Positions 22,232-35,041 of a stretch of 40,803 nucleotides of DNA are shown here, in pieces. This DNA comes from Chlorokybus atmophyticus (taxonomy: Eukaryota; Plantae; Mesostigma and Chlorokybus algae): assembly GCA_009103225.1 (NCBI GenBank), contig RHPI01002272.1:78905-119707 (forward strand). Direction: 5' to 3'. The notes beneath the pieces are model-generated. The model was not told the origin of the DNA. It was given only the letters and a program-made list of their open reading frames with translations, and ran no database searches. Each line of letters begins with the position of its first letter. Position 1 is the stretch's first letter. The position numbers were made by a program, and so were the translations under genes.

Positions 22232-23859
22232 CTTCAAGTTGCATTCTTTGGTTCTCCCACATACAAAATTACGCTTCTCCCATGTGTCGACTATCAGACA
22301 ATGGAAATCGGCACCTGTTGCACGTGATGTTATGTACAACATGGGACGGATAGCGTACGACAGTAGCTATCAACACTTACCTTCACCATGAATGGGTTTG
22401 AGATTCCAGCAATCGCCATGAACCCAATGACGGCATTTGATGCACTGGACAAGGTTTGCGAGGTTGCCTGCCTTCACTTTCGCCGCTTGTACCGCTGCTG
22501 TCACAGTCGTCATTGCCGCCGGGGTTGCGTCGTCCTCATCGGATTGGCTAACTGCTTGTGCCATAGCGGCAACCATCTCGCTAGTGGTAGTGGAATTTGA
22601 CGCCTCAGCTCTTGTGGTAGATCTTGTTGCTCGGGTGCCTTTGGCAGATGACTTGCGAATGGTTGACGCCTGCTAAGGTGCCAATATAAGTGGTTGTGCG
22701 TGCTTGCATGCACATGTGCACACCTTTTCATTATGAGTGAGTTTTGACGTGCGCACGCTTGCGTGCACAGTTTAACCGCTTGTGTGTGCATGCAAGCATG
22801 CCACACACAGTGTGTGTGCACTCCTAACTGACGGATCTGACCGCGTGTGCACACATGTGCGGTAACAGAAGTGGTTGCGTGGGCATACGAGTGCGTACCA
22901 ATGGACGAGCCGCCTTGGCCTTCCCTGTAGCGCTCTTGCTGACGGCCTTGACCATCTGCAGAATTTGATAAGGTATTGGTGCCTGCGTGCGATGCTGCTA
23001 ATCACAGAAGTGTATGCGCGGCACGTGCTCAACTATGTCGGCGTGCGTTAATATGTGCATGCATGTACGTGTGTATGCGTGCTTACAGGTGCGTACCACA
23101 CTATGCTTAGCTGCATTCGCCTGAATGCTTGCACCACAGCTGTTGCTTATTAACTTGCCCCCCTGGTGGAGTACTTAGGTGGACGAGCTCGCGCGTTCCA
23201 TTGAGTGCACGCACGCGCGCATGTGCGTGCGCACACGCCCGTGCGACAACTTAAGTGGTTGCACGTGCAAGTGTGTTGATGAGTGCGTACCACTGTGCGC
23301 GCAGCTTTCTTGGCCTTGTTTTTGGCTCCTTTTAAGCTCGTACCATCGGTTTCTGTCTTCTGCTTGGGTGGACAAGCACGTGTGTTTATACGAGTGCACG
23401 CACGCGTGCATGTGCGTGCGCACACGCGCGTGCGACAAATCAAGTGGTGGCGAATGCATGCGTTGATGAGTGCGTACCACTGTGCGCGCATCGTTTTTGG
23501 CCTTAGTTCTTGCGCCTTGCGTGCTTGTACCGACCGTTTCTGTCCTCTGCATGCGTTTAAGAAGTGTAAAGGCCTTCGTGCGTCCGCTTGCAAGTGTGAG
23601 GGCATGTGTACTGTATTGTTTACCTCAGGTGGCGGTAGGCGATCAAGTCCATGCACACCAGAAACACGGTCTGGGCTCAGCTGTCGTGCATACTCCTCGG
23701 CCAATTCTCTTTTGCAATAGCAGGATATGTTGCGCGTCGCGTCGTCCTTCTTTTCAACGATGCTTTTCTGATCCGTCCCCCACACAAGCGCGTTAGCCGC
23801 TGCTAGGTGCACAAAAGTGGCTTTGCTGTGCCACGAGAATGGACCTGCGCATCAACCGG

Positions 23860-23900
<41 letters not shown>

Positions 23901-25745
23901 GGTCCAGTATGTAGATTACCATGTGCGTATTGCATTGAAGCACTTACCAATGCGGAGTGTGCCTCTATCATAAGCAGGGTCACGCCATGCCTCCTGATCC
24001 TTTTTCATGTAATACATAAACCCGTCGCCTCCTGCAAAGCACCAAGCCTCGGTTCTTGATAATGTACCCAATTTAAGCCGCATCTCTTGGGTTTCGATGG
24101 AAGACACGGCGCGACAAACATCTTTGCACTCTCATGCCGGTATTCTTAGTGTCAACCTGTGTGAAAGTAAATACTGAGCTCTTTCTAAGTCAACAAGTGC
24201 GGTATAACACATGCAAGCATCGATGAGACATTCAAAGTGCATTCGACAAACCGTGGGTAATGGAATGTCAAGCACACCGTTTTTCCGTATGTGATGTTCG
24301 TGAAGTCGTCGTTCTCTTCAGTTCGATGGCAGAATAAGAATTCTCGATTGAACCTGCAACCCGCATCATACTACCAGTATGTTCAATGTGAACAGGGTAA
24401 CATAATAAGAAATCCACTATCGCAAGCTTACTTTTGTTCGTCAGGGAAACTGTGCGTTGCGGTTGTGAATTTGCTAAACTCCTTTGAATCGTAAAGCCAC
24501 TGAGTGATAATTTTAATGAGGGCGTCCACATCAAAGCGTCTCTCATTGCGGTAGAAGGTGCCCAACATGATGTCATCAGCTGTGGCCCAGCATGCTAAGG
24601 GCCTGCATCAGGAACAAGCAATGTGAATATGCACGATACATACGGAGATATTCGCAAGTGTGTGCAAGCATGCAATTGATGTGGAACTTGTAGAAACGGG
24701 GAGCATACCCAAACTCCTTATAGATGATGAATAACTGCTCGCTGACACTTACGCCCATTGCCGGTGAACAGGTCTTTGTCGTACAACAAGCGCGGCAAAC
24801 GAATCTTTCGTTCTTTTGCATTGAATTCCGAAAGTTTCTGCTTCAGATTGTCTCTCCATGCCTCGTTTGCTACCTGTTTCAGATAGTGGTTCAAAGGCAC
24901 ATTGCAGTCAACTGTCAACATACAATTGGTACAAGTGTCAATTGTCACACCACAATTCTTGTCACACCACTATTGATTACCTGCATGTCAGGTCCCCAGT
25001 TTGCCAGATGTGACAACACTTGTGGCAGAGCAAGCACTGTCAGCCTATCGACCTTGCGCCCGCGCTCCATAGGAGTCTGACAGAGCGGCCAACTGATGAG
25101 GTGTGTCTGCCAGAAAGCGATGTTGACATGTCCAGTGCAGTCAAGCAAGACGAGGTACTTGCACTTTGCGTCTGTCAGCTCCAACACCAATGACATGCGA
25201 GAGCATGCATTGTGCTCTCCATAATATCCGCAGGGGTAGGTGTCAATATTGTCATATGTGTCAAGTGCAGCACCTATGTCAACTGATCATTAGCGAGATG
25301 AACAACAATGCAACGCAGACAGCAGGTGCATTACACCCACCCGTAGCGGGATGCACTTGAAGAACGAGTGCCTGTATACTGGAGACCAAAAACAACAGAT
25401 ACACACTTTTCGCTGATTTGTAACAAGTTAAGACAGGCCGCGGCGTTCCGGTTTCACCATGCCAGCCAAGCGCGGTAGCCACGTCGGGCTGCTTTACCAC
25501 TGATCCGGTTTTTGTAACCTTGTACGAAATGCCACTTCTCTGGCCTGCAACAAAGATTGAGTTACATCATTTGAGCATAAGATCAATAGCAGGAGGCATT
25601 ATGCTGACAAGTATGATGCTGCCAACCCACCTTGTTCAGCCGGCTTCTCGCGTTGCGGCCGGTACGCTCTAACAATGTGGGTTTGAGGCGTGAGGTGGTC
25701 GCAAATCTTGCGCGCTATCGCAGTAGCTTCTGGACCCTCAGGCAT
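22232..25745 (-). pseudogene. Fpg/Nei-like glycosylase gene, right inverted copy (frameshifted)
   Basis: Reverse-complement match to 521-4425, beginning MPEGPEATAIARKI. A 2-bp deletion near 24748 in the H2TH exon (cgtaagtgtcagc vs cgtaagaatgtcagc) shifts the frame. Confidence 0.66.
23863..23898. repeat. (AG)n microsatellite (intronic in the Fpg/Nei-like gene)
   Basis: Direct read. The left arm has (CCCT)n at 2757-2785 in the same position. Confidence 0.97.
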
Positions 25746-26185
25746 GTTGCTTCGCAGTGCGCAGCCTGTTAAGAGACATAGACGCTGGTAACAAAGTAGG
25801 ACACAAGTGTCCGTAAGCGTGCATGCGTGCAGGCATGCATATGTGCAACGCATGATCTGGAGTAGAGTGTGTGTGCGTGCGTGCGTGCGAGCATAGTATG
25901 ATGCTCCTGTGGAAAGAGTTGGTAGACAGAGTGTGTGTAGGAGGAGCGACAGATTGTATGTGACGGAATGTGCGTGTGTGTGTGCGTGCATGCATGTGCG
26001 TGCGTGCATGTGCGTGCGCTTGAGAGAGACTTGGTAGACAGAGTTTGGGCGTGCGCAAGTGCAGTGCGCGAGTCTTTGAGGCGAGGCGGAGTGTGAGTGA
26101 GTGCACATGTGTGCATCTGCATGCGTGCGCACGTGCGTGCTGCGCATGGTTTGGAGTGGAGAGGCAGACTGTGTGCGTGCAGTGC

Positions 26186-26188
<3 letters not shown>

Positions 26189-26250
<62 letters not shown>
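26189..26250. repeat. (AG)n microsatellite
   Basis: Direct read; partner of 1-78. Confidence 0.98.
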
Positions 26251-26267
26251 CTGATGATTACACTCAC

Positions 26268-26357
26268 CACTTCGAGCAGCCCGCACTGGCGTAAGAGGGT
26301 TGACGGTGCCCGGATCAGCTGCGCGCTGTCGCCTTAGCCGCCGGACCCTTCAGGCAT
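26268..26357 (-). pseudogene. Degenerate third copy of the Fpg/Nei-like first exon
   Basis: ATGCCTGAAGGGTCCGGCGGCTAAGGCGACAGCGCGC is MPEGP with a 1-bp insertion; the flanking intron resembles 25750-25860. Confidence 0.5.
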
Positions 26358-26725
26358 GTCATTTCCACAAGGCTTGTGGCCTGTTGAGGGTTAGATGTCA
26401 AGAACACAGTGACCAACGGGGACAGACTTGTGTACATGTGGCGTTTCAAGCCTGCGTGCATGCATGCGCGCGCACGTGCATATGAGCAATGCATGGTCTG
26501 AGGTATAGCGTGGGTGCGATGCTCTTGGGAAGTATTTCATAGACAGAGTGTGTGTGACTGAATGTGCGTGCGTGCGTGCGTGCGTGCGCGCAGTGCATAC
26601 TCGTAGGGACAGAGTTCGTAGACAGGATGTGAGTTTGTGCAATGCAGTGCACGGTTTGCGCAGTGCACGTTCGGGAAGTTGTGCAACGTGTGAATGTGCG
26701 TGAATGTGTGCAGTGCACGCTCGGG

Positions 26726-26966
26726 NNNNNNNNNNNNNNNNNNNNNNNNNNNNNNNNNNNNNNNNNNNNNNNNNNNNNNNNNNNNNNNNNNNNNNNNNNN
26801 NNNNNNNNNNNNNNNNNNNNNNNNNNNNNNNNNNNNNNNNNNNNNNNNNNNNNNNNNNNNNNNNNNNNNNNNNNNNNNNNNNNNNNNNNNNNNNNNNNNN
26901 NNNNNNNNNNNNNNNNNNNNNNNNNNNNNNNNNNNNNNNNNNNNNNNNNNNNNNNNNNNNNNNNNN
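26726..26966. other. Assembly gap (N)
   Basis: Run of n. Confidence 1.
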
Positions 26967-27182
26967 GGGCGGGCGGGAGGGGAAGGAGAAGGACCGACCG
27001 CTCTGCTCTGCCCTTTATGCCGCCTCCGCCGCCTCCGCTGGTTGCAGAGCACTGCACCGCATGAACCCCAATCCAACCAACTCCCCTAGCCGAGCGTGCC
27101 CCACCACCACCGCCTCCGCCACATCAACCAGCAGCAGCCCACCCCGACGCTTTCTGGCGTGAGAGGCGTTGACGTTAAGTAG

Positions 27183-27434
27183 GGCTAGGGTTTGCAAACC
27201 CACACACACAGCCTCACCGCGCATGCCCAAGACAGGCGCGCTCAGCTAGTGTAGGTTGCTTACCCACAGCACACGTCACAACCCCCCAAAGCCGGCCGCC
27301 GCTAACGTGAACTAGGCTAGGGTTTGCAAACCCACACACGCAGCCTCACCGCGCATGCCCAAGACGGGCGCGCTCAGCTAGTGTGGGTTGCTTACCCGCA
27401 ACACACGTCACAACCTCCCAAAGTCGGCCGCCGC
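27183..27434. repeat. 132-bp direct repeat pair, each unit with a telo-box and a GGGTTTGCAAACCC palindrome
   Basis: Units 27183-27303 and 27315-27434. TAGGGTTT is the reverse complement of AAACCCTA. Confidence 0.8.
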
Positions 27435-28238
27435 TGCCACCCAAGCCTTGCCGCCGCCGCCGCCGCCGCAACGGTCACAACCAGCAGACAGGCGGTAGCA
27501 TACTGTGCTCGAGAGGATGAAGTGAGGTTGTGCACCCGGGCGTCCATGCATGAGCAGACTGTCAAGGATTACTCCAATCCACAAGTTGCTTGGCTTGGCT
27601 TGGCTGAGCGGCGTTGGGCGGCGATGGCGGCGGAGGAGCGTATGTATGTTGGCGGGCGGCCCCCTCCTCTTCCCTCCTATCTTACGCTGCGGCGTTGGCT
27701 GCTGTTGGTTCACTGCAAGCCGCAGGTGATGCTGCTGTGGGTGGATGTGTGGGTGTGGTTTTCTTTCCTGCATGGCACGCAACCCCTCACATGTGCGTTG
27801 CCGGTAACGTTAGCTAACATGCAGTTGCACAGCGTGCATTTCCAATCGGATGCGAAACGCGATTCATACCTTGCCAATACCTGCGCGGGTCAAGTCAGAT
27901 CGCATGCTGCACACAGGTTGTCTTGTCAATGCACCACATGTGGTGCGCCTTGAATGAATACTATCACTGCGACAGTGTCACATACTTTGCGGCGAAGCGT
28001 GTGTGTGACCCTCGCACAGGGCGTGTTGTACAATGACACAGTGCGCGCGTGTGCGTGTGCATGCGTGAGTACACACGTGCGCACGCATGTTGTGCGACGC
28101 GTGAGTACACACATGTGTGCTCCACACCATGCTGAATCCCCGTCCCCCCAATACGTAAGCATGTGCATGCATGTGCGCGCGTGTGTACATGTGTGTACAT
28201 GTGTGTCTCACACACTCAAAAGCGTTGTATTGTTGCAG

Positions 28239-29124
28239 TTTGCAACGGGTTCCACGACCATGGCGTTTATCTGGGCATGACGGACGGGGGCTGTTTTCCA
28301 AAGTCGTCGAGTCCACACTTGACACACACCACTTTGAAGGTAAGACAAGCACATGTGCACAACTCGCAAACATTACACCGGGTTGTTACCTGTCACGAGC
28401 TTGCGTGCGCGTGTGACAACCACAGACCTACCAGGCTTCGAAAGGAATGTGTACGAGCGCGACCACGCCCTCATCATGCCCGAAAGCTGCGTCTTTCGCC
28501 CGCTGCACGGCTGGTACACTGACCCGGTCCCGATGTGGCACACCCGGTATGGCACACTCACGTTTGTTCCTTTTGACGCTGGTTGTAACATCTCTACAAA
28601 GAACAACAACAACTACAACCACAGCGGCAATGCGGATGTGGCGGTGATGGCAACGCGCGCGACGGGCACGCACTTCACCATGGCACTCGCCAAGCTCAGA
28701 AGTGAGTGCGGATTTTGTTCACAGTCACTTAAGCTACAAGGAGGAGAGTGATCCACTGTACTCTGACAAGTGTGCATGCAGTATAGAGTGTGTGTTGTCT
28801 CTCATCTGTACCAGCTGCTTGCCCGCAGGCAACGCCTCTCCCCCGGTACCATCCGAAGACGTGGAAAGGTCACGCTCACGCACACGACGGCGCCATCAAC
28901 TTGCACTCAACCAACTTGTCTCCACATGAGCTACAGGTGAGAAAGACAACGGTCACTTTATGTTTGACACCCATCATTGTTTGGGGTGTGTTACTGAGTG
29001 GTGTGAGCGACATGTGCCATTGACGCGCAACTCCCTCATAGGTTGATGGGTACGCTTACTTTCCATCAGGCCACAAGCACTCCATTGAGTCCACGCACGG
29101 TGCCATCCTTTGGTTTGAGAGCAA
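28239..29124 (+). pseudogene. UGLYAH: (S)-ureidoglycine aminohydrolase, N-terminal part only, damaged
   Basis: Exons 28239-28339, 28426-28513, 28625-28701, 28829-28868, about 28883-28936 and 29042-29124 give FSKVVESTLDTHHFEDLPGFERNVYERDHALIMPES...TGTHFTMALAKL...PPVPSEDVER...DGAINL...VDGYAYFPSGHKHSI, which matches plant UGlyAH (DLPGFTRSVYKRDHALITPES). The acceptor before 28883 is missing and the C-terminal cupin is not found. Confidence 0.85.
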
Positions 29125-29974
29125 GTGGGTGGATCAGACGTGTGTGCGTGCATGTGCATGTGCATGTCCGATTCCAAGTCAGTGCGCACACACACGTGTA
29201 TGTGCGCGCATGTTCATCTGCACCATGTATGTATGTGCGTGTGCGCATATGCACACGTGCATGTTTGCCAATGGCCGCTCTTGCGTGCTGAGTGGAGAGA
29301 TAATGTGCATGACGCCGATCTCCCTCTCTACTTATGATCTACTTTGCCATACAGGTGAACCCGGTTGGTCTCCTTTACTTTCATCCGGGCGGCCAGCACA
29401 ACCCAGGCCTCCGTTCTTACAACCACCGCCAAGTTCACACCCACCTCGGCGGACTTTGGCGACGAGGCCTTTTATATGTGGGTTGGCACACAAGTGCATA
29501 AGCAACCTTACTGACAAGATGCTGCTTGACATTGCTTCAACTCGTGCCAGTCCGGACCACATCTTGCTCTGCCACATGCTGCGTGCTTTGGCACAGAGTG
29601 TGTATGCGCTGGGGCCGCTTCCTGTCCTGCGACAGCCTTGCAATCGTAAGCTCGCAGACTCTGCCAAAACCGCAATCAATCCTATTTCTGTTTGGTCGTG
29701 TGAACCAGCAGCCTCCTTATTTCGCACCATATACCCGCTCGTACCGGGGGCTCCACGGCAACATTAGCCCTGTCGCCCCGGTACTCGGTGTATATCTAGT
29801 ACGTGTTATGATAGGCTCAGGCTACCACTGGTGGCATGCGTCTCCTGGTTCATAGGTCAAGCACGTCATGGGTTGGGGTTGTCGTGACAAAGTCAAGACA
29901 ACCCCAACCCATTCGTTAATGCATTCCAGGTTGGATGCCGCTTACCTGTTCAACGACCGGATCTGCACCCGCGC

Positions 29975-30270
29975 GCGGCACTTTGTCCCGGTACCTGTCA
30001 CTGCGTCAGCCTTAGAGGACGCAGCGGGCGGCATGGGCGCGGACCAGAGCGAGCGCGTGAGCAGCGGCGGGGCGGAGGGGCGACGACGACGCACACACAA
30101 GCGGGGGGCACCACGCAGCCAGCTGACACCGCACCGGGCGAAGGTGCGTTGCCGTTTGGTCGTGAGGCCGCTGCTTGCGGCGAGCACAGCATGCCAGAAC
30201 AGCATGCCAACTAGCTAGCCACACCTAGGGAAACCATGCAATGCTTGACAACGTGCATGTCACTCGGTGC
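29975..30270 (+). promoter_or_regulatory. GC-rich upstream module of NLR3 (homologue of 16320-16635)
   Basis: See partner copy. Contains a plausible donor gggcgaag|gtgcgt. Confidence 0.5.
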
Positions 30271-31469
30271 AAGATGGGGGTGCTGGCGTTGGTTAGTAGT
30301 GGTGCATGGCAGGACAATTGCTAGTTCATCTTGTAAATTGCATGTGCATGCAAATGAGCAGTTCATAAGATGTCAACCGTTCAGTGAGTGTTAGGGTTGG
30401 CCGCAATCTCAGTGCAGCCGCCCGCTGGTTGCGTGTTGTGAATCTTGGAGACTACACAGTGTCAGTTCACACCGACACTGACACTGGGTGAGCAAAGCCA
30501 ACGGTCGACCAGCTCTAAAAGCATTCAATCCATACCTGGCTGAGTAGTTTCCTGTTGGCCTGGGCAACGGCGGTAGCAGTGGCAGGACGTGGAGCGGCTG
30601 GTGTTGTGAAGGTGCCGTCAGCTGTGCTGGACGTCGTTTGGAGAAATGGTAGTGGTTTGCGCGCTGACTGTAGGCGGAGTCGCCATCCAAGCTGGCTCCC
30701 ATGTTGGCACGCGCTAGTAGGTATGAGGCAGGCGCTAAGGCTATCAGCATCAGCATCAACCTGCGCAATCCGTATGTTCACTATGCTTACGTACACTGAG
30801 TTCTGAACACTGTGTGGGGTGTTGAAACACAGTGCATTCGCTGTGCGAAAACAAGTCGTATAAACTGCATAGCCACATGTCAGCACAATTGCCGGATGCG
30901 GTGGCTTTGGTTGGCTGCCTGTATGGTATGCAGAAGTGTAGTGCACAAGCAAGGCAATACACTTGTCACTTACTTGAGCTTGCATAGTGCGCAAGTTGCA
31001 CCTTCTCAATGCAAAGTCTGCATATGTGGCTTCATCGCACAAACGCTGTACTGTGCATGCATTGCACATGCACTGTGCATGCTCTGCGTCAAGCTCTGAG
31101 TGCTCGTATTCTCAGCGCGCGGTTCTTTTCATCAAGGGGAGGCTAGAGCAGTAGCGGCAGCGTAAGTGGATATGGGAGCGGAGGGCCTGAGAGTTGCGGT
31201 GCAGCAATAAGCTGTCGACGTTTCTGTTGTTAAGCAACGTCAGCTGCGTTGCAAGGCAGCAGGCAGCTGGCCGTAGCGGCGGCGGAGTCTTGTTCCTCAA
31301 CTGCAGGTATGCTTCAAGCCATTGACTGATTGAAGCCTTACTGAGCAGCTCCTCAGTGTAAATGACTCACTGCAGGCTGTAGTTGGACACCCTCACTGTA
31401 CCACCCTTCAACCTGGTGCTGTGCTGCTGCGGCTGCCGCTGGTGGTGTATTGCAGCGTACCGTGGAGTC

Positions 31470-31812
31470 ATGGCTGCGTATCAAGGGGAACAGTATGACG
31501 TCTTTCTCTGTCATCGGGGTCCGGATACAAAGAAACATTTCAGCGTGTGGCTGAAGCGCGAGCTTGAAGGGAAGAAGCTACAGGTGTTCCTTGCTGATAG
31601 GTCAATGGGTACGGGAGATCATGCGTCTGAAACAATGAACGCAGCCATAAAGACGGCAACATGCGATCTTGTGGTGCTGTCTCGGGGGTTCTTTGTTAGC
31701 AGATGGTGCATGCAAGAGCTCCGCAACTTCCTGGATTGAGGAAACTGCACACCAGTCTGGTACGATGTCACCCCGGATGACATAAACGCAGAGAAGATCA
31801 GGAACAAAGAAG
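31470..31812 (+). pseudogene. TIR-domain gene of a different subfamily with an in-frame nonsense codon (NLR3 5' remnant)
   Basis: MAAYQGEQYDVFLCHRGPDTKKHFSVWL...VVLSRGFFVSRWCMQELRNFLD*GNCTPVWYDVTPDD, with TGA at 31737-31739, then a donor at 31812. I found no NB-ARC exon downstream. Confidence 0.88.
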
Positions 31813-32534
31813 GTACATTGCGACATGGTTGACATCTCAAATGGGATTCTTGCCCCTTCCTCAGGCTAACCTTTAATGCATCTATCACGTTAGGTGAAGT
31901 GTGGAAGCATCACGGGGGCGAGCTGTGGACAAGCTGCAGTATGACTCAAGCGGACTGGATATGAACAGTTAAGACCTTGCAGATGTATGCATGGACAACA
32001 CCAAGAGATATGATAATTACCAAGACACCTATGTCGATGCGTATGCAGATCCCCAAGAGTGTGTATATGCGTGCCCGCGTGGGTACGTGTGTGTGTGCGT
32101 GCAAGCATGTTATGATACACAGCATCAAACGTCTGGTGTAGCAAAGTCCTGCACAATTCCCCCCGCTCCATATCTGTAACCTTCTGCACAGTCCCAACAA
32201 ATGTGAGTGTGTGTGCTTGCACGTGCGGCGCATCGCTGCATGTGTATGCACGGAGGTATCCTTACATGTGCGTGTACGCAAGTAGGTACACAACACAAAG
32301 AGCAACAGCCACAAGTTCAACAACATGCATGTATGCGCCGCACTCATACATGCATTAGCTGACCGAAGACAGTTGATATCCCGTCGTGAATCTCCAAGGA
32401 CAAAATTTATGCACTCCGATCGCTCGACCTGTTTGTTGATTCATTGTATGCGCACAACAATGCTGCAAACCGTGTAAGGTCAACAAGCCAGCAAGCACCT
32501 GCACACGCACACACATGCTCCACGACAAACATGA

Positions 32535-32705
32535 TCATCATCATCAGCAGCAGCAGCAGCACCAACAACCACACCCACCACCACCACCACAACAACATTA
32601 GTAACGACAGAGTAACAGAGGGATGACTTGGGAATCGTTGAGTCAGAAGTTGTTGTTGTTGTTGTTATTGTTGTTGTTGCTCAATAGAAGTTTATGTTGT
32701 TGTTG
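32535..32705. repeat. Trinucleotide low-complexity tracts (CAT/CAG/CAC/AAC, then TTG)
   Basis: Direct read. Confidence 0.9.
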
Positions 32706-33135
32706 CGGTTTTTACTATCAGTACCAACCCCACCTTGCTCATAACTCCGTTGATGGCACACAGGGTCACCATGGCGACGAAACAGCCCCGCCATCAGCCT
32801 GTGAATTTGTTTTTCTTCCAATATGCTCCGCCTCTTTGTGGGGACGGCAATAAGGCTCCGCACCAGCTGTGTGCGCGTGTGCATACGCGCCAATAGGCAT
32901 TGTTTGAGGGGTGACAGATAGCACTGAGTTTGGAGAGATGAATAAGCTAGCGTGCAATGCGTCACAAAACACACGAATCGCACGCTCGCACGCACGCACG
33001 CACGCGCCTTACTACTAAGCCGTAGATCCGTGTTTTCCAGCATGGACCCCTTGAGCAGCACTTGGCAGGGCCCAATAACAGTCTTTTGCTCTCACGTGCA
33101 CAAATGGCACACGTTATCCCCCCGCGCCCCCCCCN

Positions 33136-33296
33136 CACGCCTGGATAATATCGTTGGCGATTGGCTCCAACTCCACAGGCACGGTAAGCAATTTGCCAGG
33201 TTCAGTGAAGGCATAATTGTTGAAAAGTTCTCTAGCCGGCTGATCGTCGAGCAGCAGCACCTCCTCCACCAATGTATGCTTCACATGCCCCTTCAG
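33136..33296 (-). repeat. Near-exact about 160-bp copy of NLR2 NB-ARC sequence
   Basis: Identical by eye to about 38809-38968; starts immediately after an N at 33135. Confidence 0.85.
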
Positions 33297-34479
33297 GGGG
33301 GCTCTGTGTGTGATAAAGTGAATGAAGGAAGAGAATCGGCGTGCTTCGTGCGTTGAGTACTCCGCTGATGTGTGAGACGTGTCGCCGTTGAGATTCATTG
33401 CCCTCACAGAGCCGTACGCAAGCTCGTGGACACGTCCATGGGTCGTCCGGGATGTTCTCGCTGTGTGTGGGGTCCTGCACCACCTTGCTTTGCGCAGATG
33501 TACCGTGTACCTCGATGGCAATACCGGTGTTTGCAAGTGCTAGTTCGTGCGGTACCGCGAGCTTATTGTATTGCGAACAACATTGCAAGAGGTTCACGGT
33601 GGACGAGGTGTACTTCGACCACGACTGGTTCCTGCAGCACCTCCCAAACCTGGCATGAACAGGTGACCAACCACAATACCATGCGGGCTAGGTGCTGACG
33701 AAGATTGGTTGGCAAGCCACCCATTTTGCAGTTTGGGAAAAACTGCCTGTGGCTATCGGCTAGTGTGGGAGACGATCAGCATACACTCATAGATGTTGTT
33801 TGGCCACTGCCCGCACGGCTTGCATTGTCCGGGCTTTGTTCTGAACTTTGACACCGTTTTACAACAAGCGTGTGGCAGCAGGCGTCAGGTTGCTCATGTT
33901 GTCTGGTACAAACGTGTTGAGGCTGATGCCAGCCGCAATGGGGGCCGCACTTGCCAGGGTTTATACATAGTACCCAGCGGAAAAACTGTTCCGAGCGCAA
34001 CTATTACAGCGCCAAGAGTGATCCCGCCATGCTTTGAGAGCTGCAAGTTCTACACAATATTGCACTCCTCCCAGCGCTGCCCTGTCAAGAAAGCAGCTGG
34101 TTGGATGCCTTGCTGGCATGCTGCATCCATGCAAGCGACTGATGTCTGCCACACAGTGCTGTAATACATGATACATGCACAATGCAAACGCATAACAGCT
34201 GCACTGCACAACACCGTACATGGTACGTACACTGTGTAAGGGTGCTGTAAACTGCATACGATAAAAATTGTTGGCCAGAGTAAGGACAGCCACGCATTGG
34301 CAAAGTACTTCATGTGTCATTAAACGCTGCACCCTTCAACGTGGCATAGACACAATGATAGCTCTCAAAGGTTTCAAGAGCTACCACTCATCCACACATG
34401 CAGTCCCGCATGCATGTGCGAACATATGTCCGACGTATGTTCGCATAAGGATATCCTTGCACACAACTCTTAGAGAAGT

Positions 34480-34609
<130 letters not shown>

Positions 34610-35041
34610 NATTACGAGATGCTGTAGTGTAACATTTCAAAATCAGTCATGCACGCGCGCAGGTAGCTCAAGCATACGCGCGCACGCCCGTACACAGCTG
34701 CAATCGTCAATGTCCGCATGCACGCAGCCACACACCTATTCGCGCATGCATGTCCGCACGTACATACGCACAGCGCGACACACAGTGACGCACCCATGCA
34801 GGTATATGCTCAGGTCTTGAGTATGAGCACATCAAGTCATTGCATATACTGTATATACTGTATGCACGCTCAGACACACTCAGACATACATGCATACCCA
34901 TGCGGACACATATGCAGGCACGCAATTTCAATGTACTACAACCTGCGCAATTTCAATTCTGTCAAGCTTATACAAAGTCCCTTCCGTCTCTTGACAAAGT
35001 GGAGTACACCTTGTCAAGAGGCGAGGGGAAGGCACTGCAAC

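Larger units (their letters stand above)
18972..26250 (-). repeat. Right arm of large inverted segmental duplication
   Basis: Inverted copy of 1-8950 with scattered substitutions and indels, so not an assembly duplicate. Confidence 0.93.

Noticed and set aside
26446-27162. ORFs of 130-200 aa
   Set aside because: They span the second N gap.
27614-27730. Signal-peptide-like first exon of UGLYAH (SLLSYAAALAAVGSLQAA)
   Set aside because: The splice phase fits, but I found no in-frame ATG and a further frameshift is needed in the next exon; too weak to annotate.
33136-33296. NB-ARC fragment as a further NLR gene or integrated piece
   Set aside because: Short, apparently identical to NLR2 and directly next to an N, so an assembly artefact is as likely as a real insertion.
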